The notes beneath the pieces are model-generated. The model was given only the letters and a program-made list of their open reading frames with translations. It ran no database searches and had not been told where the DNA came from. A stretch of 64,000 nt of DNA from the human T2T-CHM13v2.0 reference genome, Homo sapiens: assembly GCF_009914755.1 (NCBI RefSeq), contig NC_060935.1. The stretch is one strand, 5' to 3'. Position numbers and translations under genes: made by a program. Shown in pieces: positions 1 to 12,300 of the stretch (positions are counted from its first letter, which is position 1; each line of letters begins with the position of its first letter).

Positions 1-59
1 CAGTTTCCAAACACACTTTCTGTAGAATCTGCAAGTGGATATTTGGACCTCTCTGAGGA

Positions 60-76
60 TTTCGTTGGAAACGGGA
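60..76 (+). promoter_or_regulatory. CENP-B box 1 (TTTCGTTGGAAACGGGA), repeated every 850 bp
   Basis: Exact match to the 17-bp CENP-B box YTTCGTTGGAARCGGGA, with all 9 core bases of NTTCGNNNNANNCGGGN. Broken in a subset of copies (see findings). Confidence 0.95.
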
Positions 77-226
77 TAAACTTCCCAGAACTACACAGAA
101 GCATTCTGAGAAACTTCTTTGTGATGTTTGCATTCAACTCACAGAGTTGAACCTTGCTTTCATAGTTCAGCTTTCAAACACTCTTTTTGTAGAATCTGCA
201 AGTGGATATTTGGACCACTTTGTGGC

Positions 227-243
227 CTTCCTTCGAAACGGGT
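227..243 (+). promoter_or_regulatory. Degenerate CENP-B box 2 (CTTCCTTCGAAACGGGT), repeated every 850 bp; core TTCG changed to TTCC
   Basis: Lies at the box position of its monomer and keeps the A..CGGG half, but the first core CpG is replaced by CC (8 of 9 core bases). Confidence 0.85.
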
Positions 244-397
244 ATATCTTCACATCAAACCTAGACAGAAGCATTCTCACAATGTTTCCTGTGATGACTG
301 CATTCAACTCACAGAGGTGAACAATCCTGTTGATGGAGCAGTTTTGAAACTCTCTTTCTTTGGATTCTGCAAGTGGATATGTGGACCTCTGTGAAGA

Positions 398-414
398 TTT
401 CGTTGGAAACGGGT
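398..414 (+). promoter_or_regulatory. CENP-B box 3 (TTTCGTTGGAAACGGGT), repeated every 850 bp
   Basis: All 9 core bases of NTTCGNNNNANNCGGGN are present; intact in nearly all copies. Confidence 0.93.
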
Positions 415-529
415 TCATCTTCACAGAAAAACTAAACAGAAGCATTCTCAGAAACTACTTTGTGATGTTTGTGTTCCACTTCAAGAATTGAACTTTCCTC
501 TTGACAGAGCAGCTCTGAAACCCTCTTTT

Positions 530-535
530 TCTAGA
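530..535. other. XbaI site TCTAGA defining the 850-bp restriction unit
   Basis: TCTAGA at 530, 1380, 2230 and onward; lost at 3930 (TCTAAA). Confidence 0.9.
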
Positions 536-568
536 ATCTGCAAGTGGACATTTGGAGGGCTTTGAGGC

Positions 569-585
569 CTGTGGTGGAAAAGGAA
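569..585 (+). other. A-type (pJalpha-like) box CTGTGGTGGAAAAGGAA, repeated every 850 bp
   Basis: Occupies the box position and resembles the A-monomer consensus CTAYGGTGRAAAAGGAA. Confidence 0.75.
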
Positions 586-738
586 AATCTTCACATAAAA
601 ACTAGATGGAAGCATTCTCAGAAACTACTTTGTGATGATTGCATACGACTCACAGAGTTGAACATTCCTATAGATAGAGCAGGTTGTAAACAATCTTTTT
701 GTAGAATCTGCGATTGGAGATTTGGACTGCTTTCAGGC

Positions 739-755
739 CTACTGTAGTAAAGGAA
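739..755 (+). other. Diverged A-type box CTACTGTAGTAAAGGAA, repeated every 850 bp
   Basis: Box position of the second A-type monomer. It ends in AAAGGAA and has no CENP-B core. Confidence 0.65.
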
Positions 756-3499
756 ATAACTTCATCTAAAAACCAAACGGAAGCATTCACAGACAATTCT
801 TAGTGATCATTGCATTGAACTAACAGAGCTGAACATTCCTTTAGATGGCGCAGTTTCCAAACACACTTTCTGTAGAATCTGCAAGTGGATATTTGGACCT
901 CTCTGAGGATTTCGTTGGAAACGGGCTAAACTTCCCAGAACTACACGGAAGCATTCTGAGAAACTTCTTTGTGATGTTTGTATTCAACTCACAGAGTTGA
1001 ACCTTGCTTTCATAGTTCAGCTTTCAAACACTCTTTTTGTAGAATCTGCAAGTGGATATTTGGACCACTTTGTGGCCTTCCTTCGAAACGGGTATATCTT
1101 CACATCAAACCTAGACAGAAGCATTCTCAGAATGTTTCCTGTGATGACTGCATTCAACTCACAAAGGTGAACAATCCTGCTGATGGAGCAGTTTTGAAAC
1201 TCTCTTTCTTTGGATTCTGCAAGTGGATATGTTGACCTCTGTGAAGATTTCGTTGGAAACGGGTTCATCTTCACAGAAAAACTAAACAGGAGCATTCTCA
1301 GAAACTGCTTTGTGATGTTTGTGTTCCACTTCAAGAATTGAACTTTCCTCTTGACAGAGCAGCTCTGAAACCCTCTTTTTCTAGAATCTGCAAGTGGACA
1401 TTTGGAGGGATTTGAGGCCTGTGGTGGAAAAGGAAAATCTTCACATAAAAACTAGATGGAAGCATTCTCAGAAACTACTTTGTGATGATTGCATTCGACT
1501 CACAGAGTTGAACATTCCTATAGATAGAGCAGGTTGTAAACAATCTTTTTGTAGAATCTGCGATTGGAGATTTGGACTGCTTTGAGGCCTACTTTAGTAA
1601 AGGAAATAACTTCATCTAAAAACCAAACGGAAGCATTCACAGACAATTCTTAGTGATCATTGCATTGAACTAACAGAGCTGAACATTCCTTTAGATGGCG
1701 CAGTTTCCAAACACACTTTCTGTAGAATCTGCAAGTGGATATTTGGACCTCTCTGAGGATTTCGTTGGAAACGGGATAAACTTCCCAGAACTACACGGAA
1801 GCATTGTGAGAAACTTCTTTGTGATGTTTGCATTCAACTCACAGAGTTGAACCTTGCTTTCATAGTTCAGCTTTCAAACACTCTTTTTGTAGAATCTGCA
1901 AGTGGATATTTGGACCACTTTGTGGCCTTCCTTCGAAACGGGTATATCTTCACATCAAACCTAGACAGAAGCATTCTCAGAATGTTTCCTGTGATGACTG
2001 CATTCAACTCACAGAGGTGAACAATCCTGCTGATGGAGCAGTTTTGAAACTCTCTTTCTTTGGATTCTGCAAGTGGATATGTGGACCTCTGTGAAGATTT
2101 CGTTGGAAACGGGTTCATCTTCACAGAAAAACTAAACAGAAGCATTCTCAGAAACTGCTTTGTGATGTTTGTGTTCCACTTCAGGAATTGAACTTTCCTC
2201 TTGACAGAGCAGCTCTGAAACCCTCTTATTCTAGAATCTGCAAGTGGACATTTGGAGGGCATTGAGGCCTGTGGTGGAAAAGGAAAATCTTCACATAAAA
2301 ACTAGATGGAAGCATTCTCAGAAACTACTTTGTGATGATTGCATTCGACTCACAGAGTTGAACATTCCTATAGATAGAGCAGGTTGTAAACAATCTTTTT
2401 GTAGAATCTGCGATTGGAGATTTGGACTGCTTTGAGGCCTACTGTAGTAAAGGAAATAACTTCATCTAAAAACCAAACGGAAGCATTCACAGACAATTCT
2501 TAGTGATCATTGCATTGAACTAACAGAGCTGAACATTCCTTTAGATGGCGCAGTTTCCAAACACACTTTCTGTAGAATCTGCAAGTGGATATTTGGACCT
2601 CTCTGAGGATTTCGTTGGAAATGCGATAAACTTCCCAGAACTACACGGAAGCATTCTGAGAAACTTCTTTGTGATGTTTGTATTCAACTCACAGAGTTGA
2701 ACCTTGCTTTCATAGTTCAGCTTTCAAACCCTCTTTTTGTAGAATCTGCAAGTGGATATTTGGACCACTTTGTGGCCTTCCTTCGAAACGGGTATATCTT
2801 CACATCAAACCTAGACAGAAGCTTTCTCAGAATGTTTCCTGTGATGACTGCATTCAACTCACAGAGGTGAACAATCCTGTTGATGGAGCACTTTTGAAAC
2901 TCTCTTTCTTTGGATTCTGCAAGTGGATATGTGGACCTCTGTGAAGATTTCGTTGGAAACGGGTTCATCTTCACAGAAAAACTAAACAGAAGCATTCTCA
3001 GAAACTGCTTTGTGATGTTTGTGTTCCACTTCAGGAATTGAACTTTCCTCTTGACAGAGCAGCTCTGAAACCCTCTTATTCTAGAATCTGCAAGTGGACA
3101 TTTGGAGGGATTTGAGGCCTGTGGTGGAAAAGGAAAATCTTCACATAAAAACTAGATGGAAGCATTCTCAGAAACTACTTTGTGATGATTGCATTCGACT
3201 CACAGAGTTGAACATTCCTATAGATAGAGCAGGTTGTAAACAATCTTTTTGTAGAATCTGCGATTGGAGATTTGGACTGCTTTGAGGCCTACTGTAGTAA
3301 AGGAAATAACTTCATCTAAAAACCAAACGGAAGCATTCACAGACAATTCTTAGTGATCATTGCATTGAACTAACAGAGCTGAACATTCCTTTAGATGGCG
3401 CAGTTTCCAAACACACTTTCTGTAGAATCTGCAAGTGGATATTTGGACCTCTCTGAGGATTTCGTTGGAAACGGGATAAACTTCCCAGAACTACACGGA

Positions 3500-6400
3500 A
3501 GCATTGTGAGAAACTTCTTTGTGATGTTTGCATTCAACTCACAGAGTTGAACCTTGCTTTCATAGTTCAGCTTTCAAACACTCTTTTTGTAGAATCTGCA
3601 AGTGGATATTTGGACCACTTTGTGGCCTTCCTTCGAAACGGGTATATCTTCACATCAAACCTAGACAGAAGCATTCTCAGAATGTTTCCTGTGATGACTG
3701 CATTCAACTCACAGAGGTGAACAATCCTGCTGATGGAGCAGTTTTGAAACTCTCTTTCTTTGGATTCTGCAAGTGGATATGTGGACCTCTGTGAAGATTT
3801 CGTTGGAAACGGGTTCATCTTCACAGAAAAACTAAACAGAAGCATTCTCAGAAACTGCTTTGTGATGTTTGTGTTCCACTTCAGGAATTGAACTTTCCTC
3901 TTGACAGAGCAGCTCTGAAACCCTCTTATTCTAAAATCTGCAAGTGGACATTTGGAGGGCTTTGAGGCCTGTGGTGGAAAAGGAAAATCTTCACATAAAA
4001 ACTAGATGGAAGCATTCTCAGAAACTACTTTGTGATGATTGCATTCGACTCACAGAGTTGAACATTCCTATAGATAGAGCAGGTTGTAAACAATCTTTTT
4101 CTAGAATCTGCGATTGGAGACTTGGACTGCTTTGAGGCCTACTGTAGTAAAGGAAATAACTTCATCTAAAAACCAAACGGAAGCATTCACAGACAATTCT
4201 TAGTGATCATTGGATTGAACTAACAGAGCTGAACATTCCTTTAGATGGCGCAGTTTCCAAACACACTTTCTGTAGAATCTGCAAGTGGATATTTGGACTT
4301 CTCTGAGGATTTCGTTGGAAACGGGATAAACTTCCCAGAACTACACGGAAGCATTGTGAGAAACTTCTTTGTGATGTTTGCATTCAACTCACAGAGTTGA
4401 ACCTTGCTTTCATAGTTCAGCTTTCAAACACTCTTTTTGTAGAATCTGCAAGTGGATATTTGGACCACTTTGTGGCCTTCCTTCGAAACGGGTATATCTT
4501 CACATCAAACCTAGACAGAAGCATTCTCAGAATGTTTCCTGTGATGACTGCATTCAACTCACAAAGGTGAACAATCCTGCTGATGGAGCAGTTTTGAAAC
4601 TCTCTTTCTTTGGATTCTGCAAGTGGATATGTTGACCTCTGTGAAGATTTCGTTGGAAACGGGTTCATCTTCACAGAAAAACTAAACAGGAGCATTCTCA
4701 GAAACTGCTTTGTGATGTATGTGTTCCACTTCAAGAATTGAACTTTCCTCTTGACAGAGCAGCTCTGAAACCCTCTTTTTCTAGAATCTGCAAGTGGACA
4801 TTTGGAGGGATTTGAGGCCTGTGGTGGAAAAGGAAAATCTTCACATAAAAACTAGATGGAAGCATTCTCAGAAACTACTTTGTGATGATTGCATTCGACT
4901 CACAGAGTTGAACATTCCTATAGATAGAGCAGGTTGTAAACAATCTTTTTGTAGAATCTGCGATTGGAGATTTGGACTGCTTTGAGGCCTACTGTAGTAA
5001 AGGAAATAACTTCATCTAAAAACCAAACGGAAGCATTCACAGACAATTCTTAGTGATCATTGCATTGAACTAACAGAGCTGAACATTCCTTTAGATGGCG
5101 CAGTTTCCAAACACACTTTCTGTAGAATCTGCAAGTGGATGTTTGGACCTCTCTGAGGATTTCGTTGGAAACGGGATAAACTTCCCAGAACTACACGGAA
5201 GCATTGTGAGAAACTTCTTTGTGATGTTTGCATTCAACTCACAGAGTTGAACCTTGCTTTCATAGTTCAGCTTTCAAACACTCTTTTTGTAGAATCTGCA
5301 AGTGGATATTTGGACCACTTTGTGGCCTTCCTTCGAAACGGGTATATCTTCACATCAAACCTAGACAGAAGCATTCTCAGAATGTTTCCTGTGATGACTG
5401 CATTCAACTCACAGAGGTGAACAATCCTGCTGATGGAGCAGTTTTGAAACTCTCTTTCTTTGGATTCTGCAAGTGGATATGTGGACCTCTGTGAAGATTT
5501 CGTTGGAAACGGGTTCATCTTCACAGAAAAACTAAACAGAAGCATTCTCAGAAACTGCTTTGTGATGTTTGTGTTCCACTTCAGGAATTGAACTTTCCTC
5601 TTGACAGAGCAGCTCTGAAACCCTCTTATTCTAGAATCTGCAAGTGGACATTTGGAGGGCTTTGAGGCCTGTGGTGGAAAAGGAAAATCTTCACATAAAA
5701 ACTAGATGGAAGCATTCTCAGAAACTACTTTGTGATGATTGCATTCGACTCACAGAGTTGAACATTCCTATAGATAGAGCAGGTTGTAAACAATCTTTTT
5801 CTAGAATCTGCGATTGGAGACTTGGACTGCTTTGAGGCCTACTGTAGTAAAGGAAATAACTTCATCTAAAAACCAAACGGAAGCATTCACAGACAATTCT
5901 TAGTGATCATTGCATTGAACTAACAGAGCTGAACATTCCTTTAGATGGCGCAGTTTCCAAACACACTTTCTGTAGAATCTGCAAGTGGATATTTGGACTT
6001 CTCTGAGGATTTCGTTGGAAACGGGATAAACTTCCCAGAACTACACGGAAGCATTGTGAGAAACTTCTTTGTGATGTTTGCATTCAACTCACAGAGTTGA
6101 ACCTTGCTTTCATAGTTCAGCTTTCAAACACTCTTTTTGTAGAATCTGCAAGTGGATATTTGGACCACTTTGTGGCCTTCCTTCGAAACGGGTATATCTT
6201 CACATCAAACCTAGACAGAAGCATTCTCAGAATGTTTCCTGTGATGACTGCATTCAACTCACAAAGGTGAACAATCCTGCTGATGGAGCAGTTTTGAAAC
6301 TCTCTTTCTTTGGATTCTGCAAGTGGATATGTTGACCTCTGTGAAGATTTCGTTGGAAACGGGTTCATCTTCACAGAAAAACTAAACAGGAGCATTCTCA

Positions 6401-9300
6401 GAAACTGCTTTGTGATGTTTGTGTTCCACTTCAAGAATTGAACTTTCCTCTTGACAGAGCAGCTCTGAAACCCTCTTTTTCTAGAATCTGCAAGTGGACA
6501 TTTGGAGGGATTTGAGGCCTGTGGTGGAAAAGGAAAATCTTCACATAAAAACTAGATGGAAGCATTCTCAGAAACTACTTTGTGATGATTGCATTCGACT
6601 CACAGAGTTGAACATTCCTATAGATAGAGCAGGTTGTAAACAATCTTTTTGTAGAATCTGCGATTGGAGATTTGGACTGCTTTGAGGCCTACTGTAGTAA
6701 AGGAAATAACTTCATCTAAAAACCAAACGGAAGCATTCACAGACAATTCTTAGTGATCATTGCATTGAACTAACAGAGCTGAACATTCCTTTAGATGGCG
6801 AAGTTTCCAAACACACTTTCTGTAGAATCTGCAAGTGGATATTTGGACCTCTCTGAGGATTTCGTTGGAAACGGGATAAACTTCCCAGAACTACACGGAA
6901 GCATTGTGAGAAACTTCTTTGTGATGTTTGCATTCAACTCACAGAGTTGAACCTTGCTTTCATAGTTCAGCTTTCAAACACTCTTTTTGTAGAATCTGCA
7001 AGTGGATATTTGGACCACTTTGTGGCCTTCCTTCGAAACGGGTATATCTTCACATCAAACCTAGACAGAAGCATTCTCAGAATGTTTCCTGTGATGACTG
7101 CATTCAACTCACAGAGGTGAACAATCCTGCTGATGGAGCAGTTTTGAAACTCTCTTTCTTTGGATTCTGCAAGTGGATATGTGGACCTCTCTGAAGATTT
7201 CCTTGGAAACGGGTTCATCTTCACAGAAAAACTAAACAGAAGCATTCTCAGAAACTGCTTTGTGATGTTTGTGTTCCACTTCAGGAATTGAACTTTCCTC
7301 TTGACAGAGCAGCTCTGAAACCCTCTTATTCTAGAATCTGCAAGTGGGCATTTGGAAGGCTTTGAGGCCTGTGGTGGAAAAGGAAAATCTTCACATAAAA
7401 ACTAGATGGAAGCATTCTCAGAAACTACTTTGTGATGATTGCATTCGACTCACAGAGTTGAACATTCCTATAGATAGAGCAGGTTGTAAACAATCTTTTT
7501 CTAGAATCTGCGATTGGAGACTTGGACTGCTTTGAGGCCTACTGTAGTAAAGGAAATAACTTCATCTAAAAACCAAACGGAAGCATTCACAGACAATTCT
7601 TAGTGATCATTGGATTGAACTAACAGAGCTGAACATTCCTTTAGATGGCGCAGTTTCCAAACACACTTTCTGTAGAATCTGCAAGTGGATATTTGGACTT
7701 CTCTGAGGATTTCGTTGGAAACGGGATAAACTTCCCAGAACTACACGGAAGCATTGTGAGAAACTTCTTTGTGATGTTTGCATTCAACTCACAGAGTTGA
7801 ACCTTGCTTTCATAGTTCAGCTTTCAAACACTCTTTTTGTAGAATCTGCAAGTGGATATTTGGACCACTTTGTGGCCTTCCTTCGAAACGGGTATATCTT
7901 CACATCAAACCTAGACAGAAGCATTCTCAGAATGTTTCCTGTGATGACTGCATTCAACTCACAAAGGTGAACAATCCTGCTGATGGAGCAGTTTTGAAAC
8001 TCTCTTTCTTTGGATTCTGCAAGTGGATATGTGGACCTCTGTGAAGATTTCGTTGGAAACGGGTTCATCTTCACAGAAAAACTAAACAGGAGCATTCTCA
8101 GAAACTGCTTTGTGATGTTTGTGTTCCACTTCAAGAATTGAACTTTCCTCTTGACAGAGCAGCTCTGAAACCCTCTTTTTCTAGAATCTGCAAGTGGACA
8201 TTTGGAGGGATTTGAGGCCTGTGGTGGAAAAGGAAAATCTTCACATAAAAACTAGATGGAAGCATTCTCAGAAACTACTTTGTGATGATTGCATTCGACT
8301 CACAGAGTTGAACATTCCTATAGATAGAGCAGGTTGTAAACAATCTTTTTGTAGAATCTGCGATTGGAGATTTGGACTGCTTTGAGGCCTACTGTAGTAA
8401 AGGAAATAACTTCATCTAAAAACCAAACGGAAGCATTCACAGACAATTCTTAGTGATCATTGCATTGAACTAACAGAGCTGAACATTCCTTTAGATGGCG
8501 CAGTTTCCAAACACACTTTCTGTAGAATCTGCAAGTGGATATTTGGACCTCTCTGAGGATTTCGTTGGAAACGGGATAAACTTCCCAGAACTACACGGAA
8601 GCATTGTGAGAAACTTCTTTGTGATGTTTGCATTCAACTCACAGAGTTGAACCTTGCTTTCATAGTTCAGCTTTCAAACACTCTTTTTGTAGAATCTGCA
8701 AGTGGATATTTGGACCACTTTGTGGCCTTCCTTCGAAACGGGTATATCTTCACATCAAACCTAGACAGAAGCATTCTCAGAATGTTTCCTGTGATGACTG
8801 CATTCAACTCACAGAGGTGAACAATCCTGCTGATGGAGCAGTTTTGAAACTCTCTTTCTTTGGATTCTGCAAGTGGATATGTGGACCTCTGTGAAGATTT
8901 CGTTGGAAACGGGTTCATCTTCACAGAAAAACTAAACAGAAGCATTCTCAGAAACTGCTTTGTGATGTTTGTGTTCCACTTCAGGAATTGAACTTTCCTC
9001 TTGACAGAGCAGCTCTGAAACCCTCTTATTCTAGAATCTGCAAGTGGACATTTGGACGGCTTTGAGGCCTGTGGTGGAAAAGGAAAATCTTCACATAAAA
9101 ACTAGATGGAAGCATTCTCAGAAACTACTTTGTGATGATTGCATTCGACTCACAGAGTTGAACATTCCTATAGATAGAGCAGGTTGTAAACAATCTTTTT
9201 CTAGAATCTGCGATTGGAGACTTGGACTGCTTTGAGGCCTACTGTAGTAAAGGAAATAACTTCATCTAAAAACCAAACGGAAGCATTCACAGACAATTCT
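3500..9300 (+). repeat. 1700-bp (2-HOR) super-repeat, about 3.4 copies
   Basis: ACAAAGG variant at 4564, 6264, 7964 alternates with GACTTGG variant at 4121, 5821, 7521, 9221. Boundaries approximate. Confidence 0.85.
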
Positions 9301-12300
9301 CAGTGATCATTGGATTGAACTAACAGAGCTGAACATTCCTTTAGATGGCGCAGTTTCCAAACACACTTTCTGTAGAATCTGCAAGTGGATATTTGGACTT
9401 CTCTGAGGATTTCGTTGGAAACGGGATAAACTTCCCAGAACTACACGGAAGCATTGTGAGAAACTTCTTTGTGATGTTTGCATTCAACTCACAGAGTTGA
9501 ACCTTGCTTTCATAGTTCAGCTTTCAAACACTCTTTTTGTAGAATCTGCAAGTGGATATTTGGACCACTTTGTGGCCTTCCTTCGAAACGGGTATATCTT
9601 CACATCAAACCTAGACAGAAGCATTCTCAGAATGTTTCCTGTGATGACTGCATTCAACTCACAGAGGTGAACAATCCTGCTGATGGAGCAGTTTTGAAAC
9701 TCTCTTTCTTTGGATTCTGCAAGTGGATATGTGGACCTCTGTGAAGATTTCGTTGGAAACGGGTTCATCTTCACAGAAAAACTAAACAGAAGCATTCTCA
9801 GAAACTGCTTTGTGATGTTTGTGTTCCACTTCAGGAATTGAACTTTCCTCTTGACAGAGCAGCTCTGAAACCCTCTTATTCTAGAATCTGCAAGTGGACA
9901 TTTGGAGGGCTTTGAGGCCTGTGGTGGAAAAGGAAAATCTTCACATAAAAACTAGATGGAAGCATTCTCAGAAACTACTTTGTGATGATTGCATTCGACT
10001 CACAGAGTTGAACATTCCTATAGATAGAGCAGGTTGTAAACAATCTTTTTCTAGAATCTGCGATTGGAGATTTGGACTGCTTTGAGGCCTACTGTAGTAA
10101 AGGAAATAACTTCATCTAAAAACCAAACGGAAGCATTCACAGACAATTCTCAGTGATGATTGGATTGAACTAACAGAGCTGAACATTCCTTTAGATGGCG
10201 CAGTTTCCAAACACACTTTCTGTAGAATCTGCAAGTGGATATTTGGACTTCTCTGAGGATTTCGTTGGAAACGGGATAAACTTCCCAGAACTACACGGAA
10301 GCATTGTGAGAAACTTCTTTGTGATGTTTGCATTCAACTCACAGAGTTGAACCTTGCTTTCATAGTTCAGCTTTCAAACACTCTTTTTGTAGAATCTGCA
10401 AGTGGATATTTGGACCACTCTGTGGCCTTCCTTCGAAACGGGTATATCTTCACATCAAACCTAGACAGAAGCATTCTCAGAATGTTTCCTGTGATGACTG
10501 CATTCAACTCACAGAGGTGAACAATCCTGCTGATGGAGCAGTTTTGAAACTCTCTTTCTTTGGATTCTGCAAGTGGATATGTTGACCTCTGTGAAGATTT
10601 CGTTGGAAACGGGTTCATCTTCACAGAAAAACTAAACAGAAGCATTCTCAGAAACTGCTTTGTGATGTTTGTGTTCCACTTCAAGAATTGAACTTTCCTC
10701 TTGACAGAGAAGCTCTGAAACCCTCTTTTTCTAGAATCTGCAAGTGGACATTTGGAGGGATTTGAGGCCTGTGGTGGAAAAGGAAAATCTTCACATAAAA
10801 ACTAGATGGAAGCATTCTCAGAAACTACTTTGTGATGATTGCATTCGACTCACAGAGTTGAACATTCCTATAGATAGAGCAGGTTGTAAACAATCTTTTT
10901 GTAGAATCTGCGATTGGAGATTTGGACTGCTTTGAGGCCTACCGTAGTAAAGGAAATAACTTCATCTAAAAACCAAACGGAAGCATTTACAGACAATTCT
11001 TAGTGATCATTGGATTGAACTAACAGAGCTGAACATTCCTTTAGATGGAGCAGTTTCCAAACCCACTTTCTGTAGAATCTGCAAGTGGATATTTGGACTT
11101 CTCTAAGGATTTCGTTGGAAACGGGATAAACTTCCCAGAACTACACGGAAGCATTCTGAGAATCTTCTTTGTGATGTTTGCATTCAACTCACAGAGTTGA
11201 ACCTTGCTTTCATAGTTCAGCTTTCAAACACTCTTTTGGTAGAATCTGCAAGTGGATATTTGGACCACTTTGTGGCCTTCCTTCGAAACGGGTATATCTT
11301 CACATCAAACCTAGACAGAAGCATTCTCAGAATGTTTCCTGTGAGGACTGCATTCAACTCACGGAGGTGAACAATCCTGTTGATGGAGCACTTTTGAAAC
11401 TCTCTTTCTTTGGATTCTGCAAGTTGATATGTGGACCTCTGTGAAGATTTCGTTGGAAACGGGTTCATCTTCACAGAAAAACTAAACAGAAGCATTCTCA
11501 GAAACTACTTTGTGATGTTTGTGTTCCACTTCAAGAATTGAACTTTCCTCTTGACAGAGCAGCTCTGAAACCCTCTTTTTCTAGAATCTGCAAGTGGACA
11601 TTTGGAGGGCTTTGAGGCCTGTGGTGGAAAAGGAAAATCTTCACATAAAAACTAGATGGAAGCATTCTCAGAAACTACTTTGTGATGATTGCATTCGACT
11701 CACAGAGTTGAACATTCCTATAGATAGAGCAGGTTGTAAACAATCTTTTTCTAGAATCTGCGATTGGAGACTTGGACTGCTTTGAGGCCTACTGTAGTAA
11801 AGGAAATAACTTCATCTAAAAACCAAACGGAAGCATTCACAGACAATTCTTAGTGATCATTGCATTGAACTAACAGAGCTGAACATTCCTTTAGATGGCG
11901 CAGTTTCCAAACACACTTTCTGTAGAATCTGCAAGTGGATATTTGGACTTCTCTGAGGATTTCGTTGGAAAAGGGATAAACTTCCCAGAACTACACGGAA
12001 GCATTGTGAGAAACTTCTTTGTGATGTTTGCATTCAACTCACAGAGTTGAACCTTGCTTTCATAGTTCAGCTTTCAAACACTCTTTTTGTAGAATCTGCA
12101 AGTGGATATTTGGACCACTTTGTGGCCTTCCTTCGAAACGGGTATATCTTCACATCAAACCTAGACAGAAGCATTCTCAGAATGTTTCCTGTGATGACTG
12201 CATTCAACTCACAGAGGTGAACAATCCTGCTGATGGAGCAGTTTTGAAACTCTCTTTCTTTGGATTCTGCAAGTGGATATGTGGACCTCTGTGAAGATTT

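Larger units (their letters stand above)
102..951 (+). repeat. First complete HOR unit: five monomers starting at the (AAG)CATTC junctions 102, 272, 443, 613 and 784 (170, 171, 170, 171, 168 bp)
   Basis: CATTC junctions read directly from the sequence. The lengths sum to 850 and the next unit starts at 952. Monomers differ visibly from each other, while the same monomer in adjacent HORs differs by only a few bases. Confidence 0.93.

Noticed and set aside
232-237. TTCGAA palindrome in box 2, as a possible hairpin or shifted CENP-B box
   Set aside because: The dyad is only 6 bp, and the TTCG-to-CGGG spacing is 3 bp rather than the required 7 bp.
667-678. CCTATAGATAGA as a TATA-like promoter for satellite transcription
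   Set aside because: It is a poor match to TATAWAWR in an AT-rich repeat; the sequence alone gives no support.
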